A stretch of 64,000 bases of DNA from Treponemataceae bacterium (GTDB lineage: Bacteria > Spirochaetota > Spirochaetia > Treponematales > Rectinemataceae). The DNA is taken from positions 1,792,001 to 1,856,000 of the forward strand of contig CAXXVZ010000003.1 in NCBI GenBank assembly GCA_963678065.2. The letters are read 5' to 3'. Shown here piece by piece: positions 10,045 through 20,207 of the stretch (the first letter of the stretch is position 1; each line of letters begins with the position of its first letter). A program made the position numbers and the translations under genes. The notes beneath the pieces are model-generated. The model ran no database searches and was not told where the DNA came from. It worked only from the letters and a program-made list of their open reading frames with translations.

Positions 10045-11903
10045 ATTGGCCCTCCCGCAATTCGGGCGATCCGCTCCGCCGCGCCGATCGGTTGACCGTA
10101 TTCGTCCACGACACGGATCGATCCGGCGATAAGCCGGGTCTTCAGACTGCATGCCCTTCTGAACTCGTCGCGACACTCGGAAAGATATGGCAACGCGAAA
10201 AATCCGCGCGCGAGTATTTCGTACATACCACGCGGGGTGTAGGGATCCGGGATGGTCGACTCGATAGCCCCTATCATCATCGTCGCCTCGGACATGAGGA
10301 ACTCCTGTCGGGTCGCAACTTCCGGATTCGTGGCCATGTCGTCGACGCTGCCGTTTTTCCGCATCCGCCTGTACTCCGACAGAGCATGACGCGTGATTCT
10401 GACGCTCTCCTCCACAACGGAAGGATCGGCCAGTCTGAAGCCCTCCGAGTAACTCACGACGTGGATGATCTGGGGACTCGTGTCGTCATGCGGCTCGATA
10501 TCATCCATCAGGGCGGTGACCTCCGCGAGCTGTATTCTCGCCCTCTCGGGATCCGGCGAGAAATAATCCAAGCCCCCTCGCGGCTGCACAAACACGCGGA
10601 ACGACGCATCCTTGAGGCCTCGCACGAGCCTGAGGAGTACCCGCGCCTTAGCGAGATCCTGCACGCCCCAGGTGCTCTTGGGCGTGTTCAGCATGATCTG
10701 CAGGATGAGCGTCCTGATGCCGGAGAGTTTGGCGGCCTTCGCCGCGATGTAGCCCGAAACGATGTAGCTCACATCGTCGGCGCCGCGGAACGCAAAATGA
10801 TGTGGCACGTTCGGCTCGAGCGGTTTCCCCGTCGAGGCTATATACCGCATTGTCGCAAAATGCTCCTCGAGATTCTGTCGGATGGAATTGTCGCCCCGTC
10901 CGTCGAGTCTGCAGAACCACCAGAACGACAGCGCGTGCCACGCGATGTCCAGGCGCTCTTCGTACATCCGGGCGAGCGCAGGAACATTCTTGGTGCCCGC
11001 GTAGGTCCGTACGAACATTGGCCGCGCCGCTCTCCATACGGCTTCGAACTCGCCGGGATCGTTGATCGGCACGCCACCTCCGTCCGGAGCGTCCCGCCAA
11101 TCCTCGCCGAACCTCGACTGGCTCAGCTGGCTGGTCCCTATCGAAAGAATATCGAGAAGACCGCCCGAAGCGAGCGTCCTGGTCCAGTCGAAAAAAAGAT
11201 CGACAGCTTCCTTCCTGCGGGGCAGATAGGGACCGACATGGGCGCGCATGAGGGGCGGCAATCCGCGCGCGGCACCGTACAGCGCCCTTTTCACTACACT
11301 TTCCCCACGGCATCCGTAGCCGGGGCTTTGCCTCCTGTCCACGGATCCGACACCGAGGTACTCGCGCTTGCGCACCAGCTCGCGGGCGAACTGCCTCCTC
11401 GCCTCATCGTATACGGCGCCGTGAACAAGCGATGATGGCATACACGTCCACGGCACTCCCAGCATTTCCAGCGTCTCAGAGGGCGTCTCGTCTCCGGAGA
11501 AGACCGCGTCGACGACAGGATAGCGCTGCTTTATCACGGCGCAGGCTTCCGGCAGACCCGCAAAATACAGATAGCGTACCGGACCTCCCCGATGCGCCGT
11601 CAGGTTGGCCGTTTCCAGAAAATCGACGAAGGCTCCGAAGAGACGGACAGCGTCGGAAGGATCGAGGCGGTAACTGAATCCGACCGCGCTTATGCCTGTC
11701 CCCGATATCCAGGAGCAAAGCAGTCTTCCGGCCGCCGGATTGCCCGGCTCCTCGGCCATCGTGCAGATTTCGCGGTCGGCGATGCGGCACTCAATACCGC
11801 ACTCGTCGAGAAGCTGTGTGATGGAAACGATTCCCAATGTATGTACATCGTGGACAGGATGAATGAAGCCGAACACCCTGGATTCGCTATGGTCTTTTAT
11901 CAT
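10026..11903 (-). CDS. Cobalamin-binding domain protein with large C-terminal putative catalytic (TIM-barrel-like) domain, function unknown
   Basis: N-terminal DxHxxG (HDVHTLG) and GFSYRL Rossmann elements; C-terminal GGGVP, RTYAGT, LDGR, NVPHHFAFR, IMLNTP, IIHVVSYSE; ATG 11903 after GGAGG. Confidence 0.8.
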   Translation of the reverse strand: MIKDHSESRVFGFIHPVHDVHTLGIVSITQLLDECGIECRIADREICTMAEEPGNPAAGRLLCSWISGTGISAVGFSYRLDPSDAVRLFGAFVDFLETANLTAHRGGPVRYLYFAGLPEACAVIKQRYPVVDAVFSGDETPSETLEMLGVPWTCMPSSLVHGAVYDEARRQFARELVRKREYLGVGSVDRRQSPGYGCRGESVVKRALYGAARGLPPLMRAHVGPYLPRRKEAVDLFFDWTRTLASGGLLDILSIGTSQLSQSRFGEDWRDAPDGGGVPINDPGEFEAVWRAARPMFVRTYAGTKNVPALARMYEERLDIAWHALSFWWFCRLDGRGDNSIRQNLEEHFATMRYIASTGKPLEPNVPHHFAFRGADDVSYIVSGYIAAKAAKLSGIRTLILQIMLNTPKSTWGVQDLAKARVLLRLVRGLKDASFRVFVQPRGGLDYFSPDPERARIQLAEVTALMDDIEPHDDTSPQIIHVVSYSEGFRLADPSVVEESVRITRHALSEYRRMRKNGSVDDMATNPEVATRQEFLMSEATMMIGAIESTIPDPYTPRGMYEILARGFFALPYLSECRDEFRRACSLKTRLIAGSIRVVDEYGQPIGAAERIARIAGGPIWKGNL

Positions 11904-11962
11904 GAGGCCTCCAGTGCCACCACTGACATCCGGACAAGCCACAGTCCGGATAAACCGGAGTA

Positions 11963-13093
11963 TCAGCCGGTGATTGTGTCGTAGAACGGAGAAGGAATGA
12001 CATCGCGCATGCCGTCCGGTATGAACAGCGTTTTGCTTCCCTCCCGGATGCACCGACAGAGGGCCGCGAGGACGATGGCGTTGAGATAGGCTGTCTCGTC
12101 GAGCCCGGCATGTCGGGCGCAGGATTCGAACCAGGGATCGGGAACCATGGGCTGACCATTGATCTCTATGGCCTGGAAGCGGCCTTTGGCGAATGCCATG
12201 TCGCAGCGCGAATAGTCGCGGACCCGGGCAGCCGCGAATGCCCTTCCGGCGAAGGCTACGACCCTCTCACGGGTTTCCGGATCCTCAATCGCTCGTGCGA
12301 GCGTTCTGTTCCCTTCCTTGTCTCCGTTTGTGATCAGGGGCAGTCTCTTCGGGGTCTTGAAAACGAGTTCGGCGGGCATCAGCAGTATCCTTCCGGGCAT
12401 GCCGATCATGGATACCGTATATTCCTGGAAATCGGAATATCCGCCCAGATACTCCTCGACGAGGACTTCATCGAATTCGTCCAGAACCACGCGAATCCTC
12501 TCCGAGAGTTCGTCTGGGGTATACACAACTGACTTGTCACAGATGCCGCGCGAGTTGCCCTCGGCGGCGGGCTTGACGATGCAGGGGAATGGAGGAAAAG
12601 ATGCCGGTTCCGGCATTTCCCGGAATTCTTTCGCCTTCACGCGGAGAAAAGCCGGGGTAGTCACAGCTTCCCGCAGCCATCGCTCTTTCATGTCCGTCTT
12701 GGAGAGAGCGAGGCGGATCGTATCGGACGATGATCCCACAAAGGGTATCTCCATGCCGACGAGAAGGGAATGGACATCGGTCGCTGAAGGATCCGATTTC
12801 CGGAGAGATGGGCCTTCATTGAGATGGCCGGGTGTCGGGGGCGGGGCATACTCTCCAGGCAGGCTGTCAAGCGCGCTGAAGACGATATCGGGCTTATCTG
12901 TTTCAAGAATGGAAAGCAGTTCACATACATTTTTTACCTGGTGATGGATGGCGGAACATCCGCCGCGTACGAGCGCTGAGGTGAAACGCCCGAAGCGTAC
13001 CTCGTCCGCACGGTTACGGACCTCGTCTGTCCACAGAAGACTGATGACCGCTACGTCCGGCGGGTGCATCAGGAAGCAGGTTGACTTCGCCAA
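11963..13093 (-). CDS. ATP-grasp ligase, D-Ala-D-Ala ligase-like
   Basis: PDIVF, IPFVGS, PCIVKPAAEGNSRGI, VLVEEYL, RDYSRCD, IEIN motifs; TTG start after GGAGG. Confidence 0.85.
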   Translation of the reverse strand: MAKSTCFLMHPPDVAVISLLWTDEVRNRADEVRFGRFTSALVRGGCSAIHHQVKNVCELLSILETDKPDIVFSALDSLPGEYAPPPTPGHLNEGPSLRKSDPSATDVHSLLVGMEIPFVGSSSDTIRLALSKTDMKERWLREAVTTPAFLRVKAKEFREMPEPASFPPFPCIVKPAAEGNSRGICDKSVVYTPDELSERIRVVLDEFDEVLVEEYLGGYSDFQEYTVSMIGMPGRILLMPAELVFKTPKRLPLITNGDKEGNRTLARAIEDPETRERVVAFAGRAFAAARVRDYSRCDMAFAKGRFQAIEINGQPMVPDPWFESCARHAGLDETAYLNAIVLAALCRCIREGSKTLFIPDGMRDVIPSPFYDTITG

Positions 13094-13175
13094 TTCCCGG
13101 GTACCTCCAGTTTGAAAGATGACGGCCTTCCGGCCATATTTTCATCCTAAACCATGATCCGGTTTGGCGCAAATC

Positions 13176-13211
13176 AAAAACGCCGACAGGAATTTCTTTC
13201 CCTGTCGGCGG
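13176..13211 (-). terminator. Intrinsic terminator after thrA
   Basis: CGCCGACAGG...CCTGTCGGCG stem with an A-run on the plus strand (U-tract on minus). Confidence 0.65.
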
Positions 13212-13233
13212 GCAAGTCATTGCGGAAAGAGGC

Positions 13234-15675
13234 CTACACTATCGTCTTGGCTATCTTCACTATGTCGGCGAACACGCCGCCGGCGGTCACAGCGGCCCCG
13301 GCCCCCGGCCCCTTCACGACCAGGGGAAGCTCGTTGTAGCGGTCGGTCGTGAAGACGACCATGTTGTCGGTGCCGACGAGGTTGAGGAAGGGATCCTTCT
13401 CGGTCGCGACGCGCAACCGCAGACTGGCCTTCCCGCCCTCGATGACAGCCACATACCGCAGCATGCCGCCCTGCGCGGCGGCCTCGGCCCGCTTTTTCTC
13501 CATGACCGCGTCGAAGCTCGCGAGGATCTCGAAGAATGCGTCGACGGAGGGAGCCTCGAAGCAGGCCTTCGGAAGGATCGGCTCGATGACCATGTCCTCG
13601 AAGTGCATGTCGTAGCCCCACTCCCGCGCGAGGATGAGAGCCTTGCGCGCCGCATCCATGGCCGAGAGATCGTCGCGGGGATCGGGCTCGGTGTAGCCGC
13701 GCTCCTTGGCCTCGCGCACGAGTTCGGAGAATTTTCTCCCCTCGATGAAACTGTTGAGTATGAAGCTGATAGTACCTGAGAGCACGGCCTCGATGCGGTT
13801 GATTCTGTCGCCCGAGGCGACAAGATCCTGCAAAGGCCCGATGATGGGAAGTCCCGCGCCGACGGTCGTCTCATAGCAGTAGGGAATGCCGGTCTCGCGC
13901 GACACTCCGACAAGATCTTTGTAGCGTTTGAGGGGTCCCGCGTTGGCCCTCTTGTTGGGCGTCACGATGGTGACGGCGTTGTTCAGGAGGTCGAGGTAGA
14001 AATCGGGTATGTTCTCCGAGGCGGTGCAGTCGCAGAAGGCCGTGTTGGGCAAGTTGAGCTTCTTCATCCTGTCGACGTAGGCGCCCAGGTCGCAGGTTTC
14101 CCCCGTGTCGAGCGCATCTTTCCAGAGCGCGGGGTCGATGCCCGCGGGATCTATCACCATGCGTCTGGAATTGGCGACGCCGATGAGGTTGATCCTGACC
14201 GAAAGGCTGGATAGGAGCTGTTCCTTCTGGGCGGCGATCTGGGAGAGAAGCGTCTTTCCGATGAGCCCCGTGCCGACGAGGAAGAGATTGACGGAGCGGA
14301 TTCCCGAGAGGAAGAAGGCTCTGTGGACGGCGTTGAGCGCCTTGGCTTCGTCGGCCGCGTTGATGACGGCGGAGATGTTGAGTTCCGAAGACCCTTGGGC
14401 GATGGCGATGATGTTGACTCCGTTGCGTCCGAGCGCGTGGAAGACGCGGCCCGAGATGCCTGTGCGCCGCTTCATTCTCTCGCCGACGACGGCGATGATG
14501 GCGCGGTCCGTCTCCACGAGGGGCGGCTCGATGGCGCCCGCCAGCATCTCGAGCTCGAATTCACTCATCAGGGCCTGGCTCGAGCGCTCGGCGTCGTCGT
14601 GGCTCACGGCGCAGCAGATGGAATGCTGGCTCGAAGCCTGGGTGATGAGGACCACGTTAGCCTTGATGCGCGAGAGGCATCCGAGGACCCGCCCCGCCAT
14701 GCCGGTCGAACCGACCATGCCCGAGCCCTGGACGCGGATGAGGGCGATGTGCTTGATCGAGGCGATGCCGCGCACGGGGTACTCGCTCGGCGCCGCGCTC
14801 GATGTGATGAGGGTTCCGGGGCAGGCAGGATTGAAACTGTTCTTGATGCGGATGGGGATGCCCTGGGCCATGGCCGGCGCGACAGTCGGCGGGTGGAGGA
14901 CTTTGGCGCCGAAGTGCGAGAGCTCGAGGGCTTCCTCGTAGGTGATCTCGTCGATGCGGAATGCCTCGGGCACGAGGCGGGGATCCGAGGTCATGATGCC
15001 GTCGACATCGGTCCATATCTCGATCTCGTCGACCTTGAGGGCTGCGCCGAGGATGGAGGCTGTCAGGTCCGAGCCACCCCGGCCGAGGGTCGTCGTGTCG
15101 CCCTTCTCGCTTGAGGCGATGAAGCCGGTGATGACGTGGATGCTGTCGGGGCCAAAGAGGGCCGCCCTGACGAGCGTGTTGGTCAGATCGTACTTACAGG
15201 CCGCGCATCCGTAGCTCTCGTCCGTCTTCACGATGTCGCGGGCGTCCGTGAACTCGGCCTCGAGCCCCGCGGAGAGGAAGGCGCGGGAGATGATGAAGGC
15301 GGACATCCGTTCGCCGAAGCTCATGATGAGGTCGAGGCTGTGCACGGAGAGTTCGCGCACGAGGGAGATGCCGAGGAGCATGCTTCCGAGTTCGCCGAGG
15401 GTTTCGGAGAGCCAGGCGTCGGTTTCCGTGCCGTAGCCGCCCGTCGTCAGCGTTTCCGCCATCAGTCTGTGGCGTTTGCGCAGGGCCGTGAGGATATCCT
15501 TGAACGTCGCGTCCCCGGTGGCAGCTGCCTTGGCCGCGCGGATAAGGGAATCCGTCACGCCCGAAAATGCCGAGACGACGACGAGTTTCTCTCCCGAATC
15601 CTTCACGATCCCGATGAGCCTCTTTACAGCCTCGGGGCTTCCCACCGAGGTTCCTCCGAACTTCATGACCTTCAT
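13234..15675 (-). CDS. thrA: Bifunctional aspartate kinase/homoserine dehydrogenase I
   Basis: KFGGTSV, TLGRGGSD, WTDVDG, two ACT domains, GTGLIG, YETTVGAGLP, GYTEPDPRDDLS, GPGAGAAVTA. Confidence 0.95.
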   Translation of the reverse strand: MKVMKFGGTSVGSPEAVKRLIGIVKDSGEKLVVVSAFSGVTDSLIRAAKAAATGDATFKDILTALRKRHRLMAETLTTGGYGTETDAWLSETLGELGSMLLGISLVRELSVHSLDLIMSFGERMSAFIISRAFLSAGLEAEFTDARDIVKTDESYGCAACKYDLTNTLVRAALFGPDSIHVITGFIASSEKGDTTTLGRGGSDLTASILGAALKVDEIEIWTDVDGIMTSDPRLVPEAFRIDEITYEEALELSHFGAKVLHPPTVAPAMAQGIPIRIKNSFNPACPGTLITSSAAPSEYPVRGIASIKHIALIRVQGSGMVGSTGMAGRVLGCLSRIKANVVLITQASSQHSICCAVSHDDAERSSQALMSEFELEMLAGAIEPPLVETDRAIIAVVGERMKRRTGISGRVFHALGRNGVNIIAIAQGSSELNISAVINAADEAKALNAVHRAFFLSGIRSVNLFLVGTGLIGKTLLSQIAAQKEQLLSSLSVRINLIGVANSRRMVIDPAGIDPALWKDALDTGETCDLGAYVDRMKKLNLPNTAFCDCTASENIPDFYLDLLNNAVTIVTPNKRANAGPLKRYKDLVGVSRETGIPYCYETTVGAGLPIIGPLQDLVASGDRINRIEAVLSGTISFILNSFIEGRKFSELVREAKERGYTEPDPRDDLSAMDAARKALILAREWGYDMHFEDMVIEPILPKACFEAPSVDAFFEILASFDAVMEKKRAEAAAQGGMLRYVAVIEGGKASLRLRVATEKDPFLNLVGTDNMVVFTTDRYNELPLVVKGPGAGAAVTAGGVFADIVKIAKTIV

Positions 15676-15965
15676 GCATTCTCCTCGCCGGGTACTCCTT
15701 GAGGGTCCGGCGTTCCGGGCACTATATCACGGTGCTCGCGCGGATTTCGAGTATCGATTCTGCATATAGATGCAAAAACAGGACCCTATCCCCTCAAAAA
15801 ACTTGAGACAGTACGGTATCGGTCACAGAACAATCTGTGTCTGACTGTCATTCGATGCATTCCCTTCCGCGACAGTCGCGATCCCCCTAAAAATTCCCTG
15901 GCAATCCATCCCTACCTATTGAGCAGAATCCTTCACATCACTACGTTACCTGAACTGGGGTTTTC

Positions 15966-18113
15966 ATGAACAAAAAGAAATATGCGCTCACTCTTGGGTT
16001 TGTCCTGGTATGCACCTTCGCACTCCACGCTGAAGGGACGGAAGGTAGCACGATAACGGAAGCGATGACAACACTCGTATTCCAGCTCGGAATTGTCATT
16101 TTCGCAGTCAAGGCGGGCGGTTCGCTCGCCAGAGGCGCAGGAATGCCCTCAGTACTCGGCGAATTACTGGCGGGAGTCATCATCGGTCCCTTCGCGCTCG
16201 GATCCATCCCCTTGCCTGGACTTCCAAACGGTTTTTTCCCGATTGCGGGTCCTGATATGGCGATCAGTCCGGTCCTCTATGGATTTTCCACCGTGGCATC
16301 GATCATCCTGCTCTTTTCGTCGGGGCTCGAAACCGACCTCGATATGTTCCTACGTTACTCCGTGGCTGGAGGTATAGTCGGATTAGGAGGCGTCATCTTC
16401 TCCTACTCTCTCGGGGCGGGAATAGCGGCACTCCTTTTGCATACCGGCTTCTTCAGCCCATCCTCCATGTTCCTCGGGATAATGTGCACGGCGACAAGTG
16501 TAGGCATCACGGCCCGCATCCTGTCCGACAGAAAGAAAATGGATTCGCCCGAAGGCGTCACCATACTCGCCGCCGCCGTGTTCGATGATGTTCTCGGTAT
16601 TGTCGCCCTCGCGATCGTAATGGGCGTTGTCGCCGCGATGACCGGACATGCCACAGGGAATCTGACGACCATGGGCATCGCAGGAATAGCCGTCAAGGCT
16701 TTCGGGCTCTGGCTCGGCTTCACGGCGCTCGGCCTTGTCTTCGGCAAGAAAATCGCCACCCTCCTCAAGAGATCGGGAGGCGCATCCAGTTTTACCCTGC
16801 TCGCTTTCGGCCTGGCTCTCCTCCTTGCCGGTTTCTTCGAGACCCAGGGACTCGCGATGATCATCGGCGCCTACATTGTCGGCCTTTCGCTCTCGAAGAC
16901 CGACCTCTCATTCCTCATCCAGGAAAAAATGAAGCCGATGTACGACTTTTTCGTTCCGGTCTTCTTTGCGGTGATGGGAATGCTCGTCGATGTCCGCCAG
17001 ATATTTTCACCCTCCATCCTCGCATTCGGCCTCATCTACACCCTTTTTGCCATTCTCTCCAAGGTTTTCGGGTGCGGCCTGCCCTCTCTCTTCCTGGGTT
17101 TCAACCTTAAGGGTGCGATCAGGATCGGCGTCGGCATGGTTCCGCGCGGGGAAGTGGCGCTGATAATAGCCGGAATCGGGCTGTCCTCCGGCATCCTTGA
17201 ACCCTCGATTTTCGGTGTCGCCATCCTCATGACCATGATCACCACCCTCGTCGCCCCACCGGCTCTGGGCGCTGTCCTCAGCAAGGGCGGACAGGGTACA
17301 CGCCTGACGGTGAAAGGATCCAATACGGAGCAGATATTCTTCGAGTTCCCTTCCAGCGAGATCACGGATCTGGTGACGGATACTCTCCTCAGAGCCTTTG
17401 AGCGCGAAGGATTCCTGGTACAGATCATGAACCTGAGCGAAGGCATCTCGCACATCCGCAAAGACGACATCTCGATCTCTCTGGTCAAGGAAGAGACAAG
17501 GCTGAGTCTGGAAACCGCGCCGGAAGATGTCAGCTTCGCAAAAACCACGGTGCACGAAACCCTGCTCGAACTGGATTCAAGCTTCGACAGGCTCAAGCAC
17601 AGCTACGATCCGGAGAATCTCAGGCAGAACATCGACATTGATTCCGGACGCAGGAATTCGACGTTCCTCGAGAAACTGGATAAGAACTGCCTGACGGCCT
17701 CACTGGTTTCAACCAAAAAGGAAGATGCGATAGCCGAACTTGTCGGACTCCTCGATGTCGCGGGAAAGCTCCTGAATAAAGACATCGTACTCGCGGACGT
17801 TCTCGAACGCGAATCCAAGATGAGCACCGGCATGCAGCATGGGATCGCTCTTCCCCACGCGCGGACTTCCGGCCTCGCAAAACCGGCGATCGCCATCGGT
17901 GTCTCGCACAAGGGTGTCGACTTCACGACGCTCGACGGATCAACAGTACACATCATTGCCCTGATCGTCAGTCCGGCACGGGAAGAGGCGCCGCACATGC
18001 AGATGCTGGCCGGCCTGGGCGCAGCCCTCGGGGATGATCAAGTCCGCGAGCGGATGATGAAAGCGCGTTCCGGAGAAGAGCTCATATCTCTCCTTGAGCC
18101 CCGCAAAGCCTGA
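15966..18113 (+). CDS. CPA2 cation:proton antiporter fused to a C-terminal PTS EIIA domain
   Basis: ATSVGITARIL, AAVFDDVLGI, GMVPRGEVAL; C-terminal RESKMSTGMQHGIALPHA. Confidence 0.88.
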   Translation: MNKKKYALTLGFVLVCTFALHAEGTEGSTITEAMTTLVFQLGIVIFAVKAGGSLARGAGMPSVLGELLAGVIIGPFALGSIPLPGLPNGFFPIAGPDMAISPVLYGFSTVASIILLFSSGLETDLDMFLRYSVAGGIVGLGGVIFSYSLGAGIAALLLHTGFFSPSSMFLGIMCTATSVGITARILSDRKKMDSPEGVTILAAAVFDDVLGIVALAIVMGVVAAMTGHATGNLTTMGIAGIAVKAFGLWLGFTALGLVFGKKIATLLKRSGGASSFTLLAFGLALLLAGFFETQGLAMIIGAYIVGLSLSKTDLSFLIQEKMKPMYDFFVPVFFAVMGMLVDVRQIFSPSILAFGLIYTLFAILSKVFGCGLPSLFLGFNLKGAIRIGVGMVPRGEVALIIAGIGLSSGILEPSIFGVAILMTMITTLVAPPALGAVLSKGGQGTRLTVKGSNTEQIFFEFPSSEITDLVTDTLLRAFEREGFLVQIMNLSEGISHIRKDDISISLVKEETRLSLETAPEDVSFAKTTVHETLLELDSSFDRLKHSYDPENLRQNIDIDSGRRNSTFLEKLDKNCLTASLVSTKKEDAIAELVGLLDVAGKLLNKDIVLADVLERESKMSTGMQHGIALPHARTSGLAKPAIAIGVSHKGVDFTTLDGSTVHIIALIVSPAREEAPHMQMLAGLGAALGDDQVRERMMKARSGEELISLLEPRKA

Positions 18114-18183
18114 GAAAATGCCCTCTCGGACGTCCCCACAAAAGGGGACGAGCCAAAGATCTGTCCAATAATAGTCTGGCTCG

Positions 18184-18226
18184 AAAAAAAAGCTTCAGGA
18201 CCTCCCCACAGGATAGTCCTGAAGCT
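18184..18226 (-). terminator. Intrinsic terminator of the kor-mcm-mmd operon
   Basis: AGCTTCAGGAC...GTCCTGAAGCT stem preceded by an A8 run. Confidence 0.75.
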
Positions 18227-18254
18227 CCGATTCCATGAACCCGTGACGTGAAGA

Positions 18255-19385
18255 TCAGCCGAGTACTGTCAATAGCACTCCGGCCGCCACAGCAGAACCG
18301 ATGACGCCGGCCACGTTTGGTCCCATAGCGTGCATAAGGAGGTAGTTGGTCGGATCAGTTTCCTGACCGACGACCTGAGAGACGCGCGCGGCCATCGGAA
18401 CTGCGGAGACGCCCGCCGATCCGATGAGAGGATTCACCTTGCCGCCCGTGAGCCAATACATGAGTTTGCCGAGCAGGACGCCCGCGGCCGTTCCGCAGGA
18501 GAAGGCGAAGAGCCCGAGGAAGATGATCTTGAGGGTTTCGGGGGCGAGGAACCGTGCCGCGTTGGCTGTCGCGCCCACCGAGGTGCCGAGGAAGATGGTC
18601 AGGATGTTGATGAGGGCGTTCTGTGCCGTGTCGGAGAGGCGTCCCGTGACCCCGGTCTCCCTGAAGAGGTTGCCGAGCATGAGGGATCCGATGAGAGGCA
18701 GGGCTGGGGGAAGCAGCATGCCGACAAACACCGTGACGAGGATCGGAAACACGACCTTTTCGTTCTTGGAGACATTCCTGATCATGCCCATGTTGACCGA
18801 GCGCTCCTTCTTTGTGGTGAGGGCGCGCATGATGGGGGGCTGGATGATGGGAACGAGAGCCATGTAGGAGTATGCCGCGATCGCGATGGGACCGAGGAGT
18901 TCAGGCTTCAGCCTCGTCGTGAGGAAAATGGCTGTCGGGCCGTCCGCTCCGCCGATGATGCCGATGCTGCCTGCCGCCTTGAGGTCAAAGCCGAGATACG
19001 TGGCGAGAACGAAGGGGATGAAGATGCCGAACTGGGCTGCAGCTCCAAGGAGGAGGCTCATGGGGTTGGCGATGAGGGGACCGAAGTCCGTCATCGCGCC
19101 CACACCCAAGAAGATCAGTGGCGGATAGATACCGAGTTTGACTCCCTGGTAGAGGTAATAGATGAGCCCGCCTGGCTGACCGTCCATCGGCCCGTCCGTG
19201 ATACCGGATATGGGCAGGTTGGCGAGCAGCATGCCGAAGGCGATCGGTACCATGAGGAGGGGTTCGATCCCTTTGAACATGCCCAGATAGAGCAGGACAA
19301 AGGAAATTCCCAACATGATGATCTGGCCGCCGGTGATGTTGAGAAATCCCGTAGTGCCGATGAAATTGACTATAGAATCCCACAT
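18255..19385 (-). CDS. mmdB: Na+-translocating decarboxylase beta subunit
   Basis: [50 protein letters not shown]. Confidence 0.93.
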   Translation of the reverse strand: MWDSIVNFIGTTGFLNITGGQIIMLGISFVLLYLGMFKGIEPLLMVPIAFGMLLANLPISGITDGPMDGQPGGLIYYLYQGVKLGIYPPLIFLGVGAMTDFGPLIANPMSLLLGAAAQFGIFIPFVLATYLGFDLKAAGSIGIIGGADGPTAIFLTTRLKPELLGPIAIAAYSYMALVPIIQPPIMRALTTKKERSVNMGMIRNVSKNEKVVFPILVTVFVGMLLPPALPLIGSLMLGNLFRETGVTGRLSDTAQNALINILTIFLGTSVGATANAARFLAPETLKIIFLGLFAFSCGTAAGVLLGKLMYWLTGGKVNPLIGSAGVSAVPMAARVSQVVGQETDPTNYLLMHAMGPNVAGVIGSAVAAGVLLTVLG

Positions 19386-19397
19386 GGGGTACGCTCC

Positions 19398-19805
19398 TTA
19401 CACGAGGTCGACGAGGGGGTCTCCCGTGTTGACCGAGGCGCCGGAGTTCGTCCTGAGGGCCGCGACCGTTCCGGCCTGTGTGGCCACGATTTCGTTCTCC
19501 ATCTTCATCGCTTCCAGGATGAGGAGGACGTCTCCCCGCCCGACCTGCTGTCCCACGGAGACTTTGTACGAGAGTACGGTTCCGGGCATGGGGGCCTTGA
19601 CAGTCGTGGCGCCGGCTACGCCGGCGGTGGGGACGGCCTGGGGCGCGACTGGGGCAGGCGCCGCCGCGATGCCCGCTGCTGGCGCTGGTGTGGCAACTGC
19701 TGCGGGCATAACGGCTACGGCCGGAGCGGCACTCACAGCTCCGCCCACTTCCTCGACGGCGACATCGAAACTCTGTCCATTCACGGTCACTTTATAGCGT
19801 TTCAT
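19398..19805 (-). CDS. mmdC: Biotin carboxyl carrier (decarboxylase gamma subunit)
   Basis: Ala/Pro-rich linker, APMPG, LEAMKMENEI. Confidence 0.92.
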   Translation of the reverse strand: MKRYKVTVNGQSFDVAVEEVGGAVSAAPAVAVMPAAVATPAPAAGIAAAPAPVAPQAVPTAGVAGATTVKAPMPGTVLSYKVSVGQQVGRGDVLLILEAMKMENEIVATQAGTVAALRTNSGASVNTGDPLVDLV

Positions 19806-19831
19806 ATCGATCTCTCTCCTTGTATCGGTCG

Positions 19832-20194
19832 TTACCGGGCAAGCCGGTCGATGTGTCCCCATGCCGGGGTATTGAAGCCGCCGGAGCTCTGGGCTGGTGT
19901 TACGGACGCGATCCTGAATGCGCTTGCTCCGGGTCCTCGCGCGGCGACGATCGCGGCAGTTATCGCGGCGACGATCTCGGCCGGAACAACGGCTGTGCCT
20001 GCGGTGTGAGCAGTCCGCGTGGCCGTCTGAGGCGCCGTTGGTTGCGCGGCCGATGACGAAACCTTCTCACTCACCGTGCCAGGAAGTTTGATTCCGAACA
20101 TGAGCGGGAAGAGCTTGAGAACCAGGGCCATGATGATGAGCGCGATAAAAACCGTGCCCATGCCTAGAACAGTGATAAGCCAGGGGTTTGTCAT
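19832..20194 (-). CDS. mmdD: OadG-family membrane anchor (decarboxylase delta subunit)
   Basis: LGMGTVFIALII N-terminal TM; EIVAAITAAI; position between mmdA and mmdC. Confidence 0.82.
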   Translation of the reverse strand: MTNPWLITVLGMGTVFIALIIMALVLKLFPLMFGIKLPGTVSEKVSSSAAQPTAPQTATRTAHTAGTAVVPAEIVAAITAAIVAARGPGASAFRIASVTPAQSSGGFNTPAWGHIDRLAR

Positions 20195-20207
20195 GTTCCC
20201 GCTCCCG

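Noticed and set aside
11963..13093. Housekeeping ddl
   Set aside because: Lacks the N-terminal GGxSxE motif and any cell-wall gene context; left as a Ddl-like ATP-grasp enzyme
13234..15675. thrA as part of the B12/opine operon
   Set aside because: A terminator separates them; supply of a homoserine-type precursor is possible but unsupported
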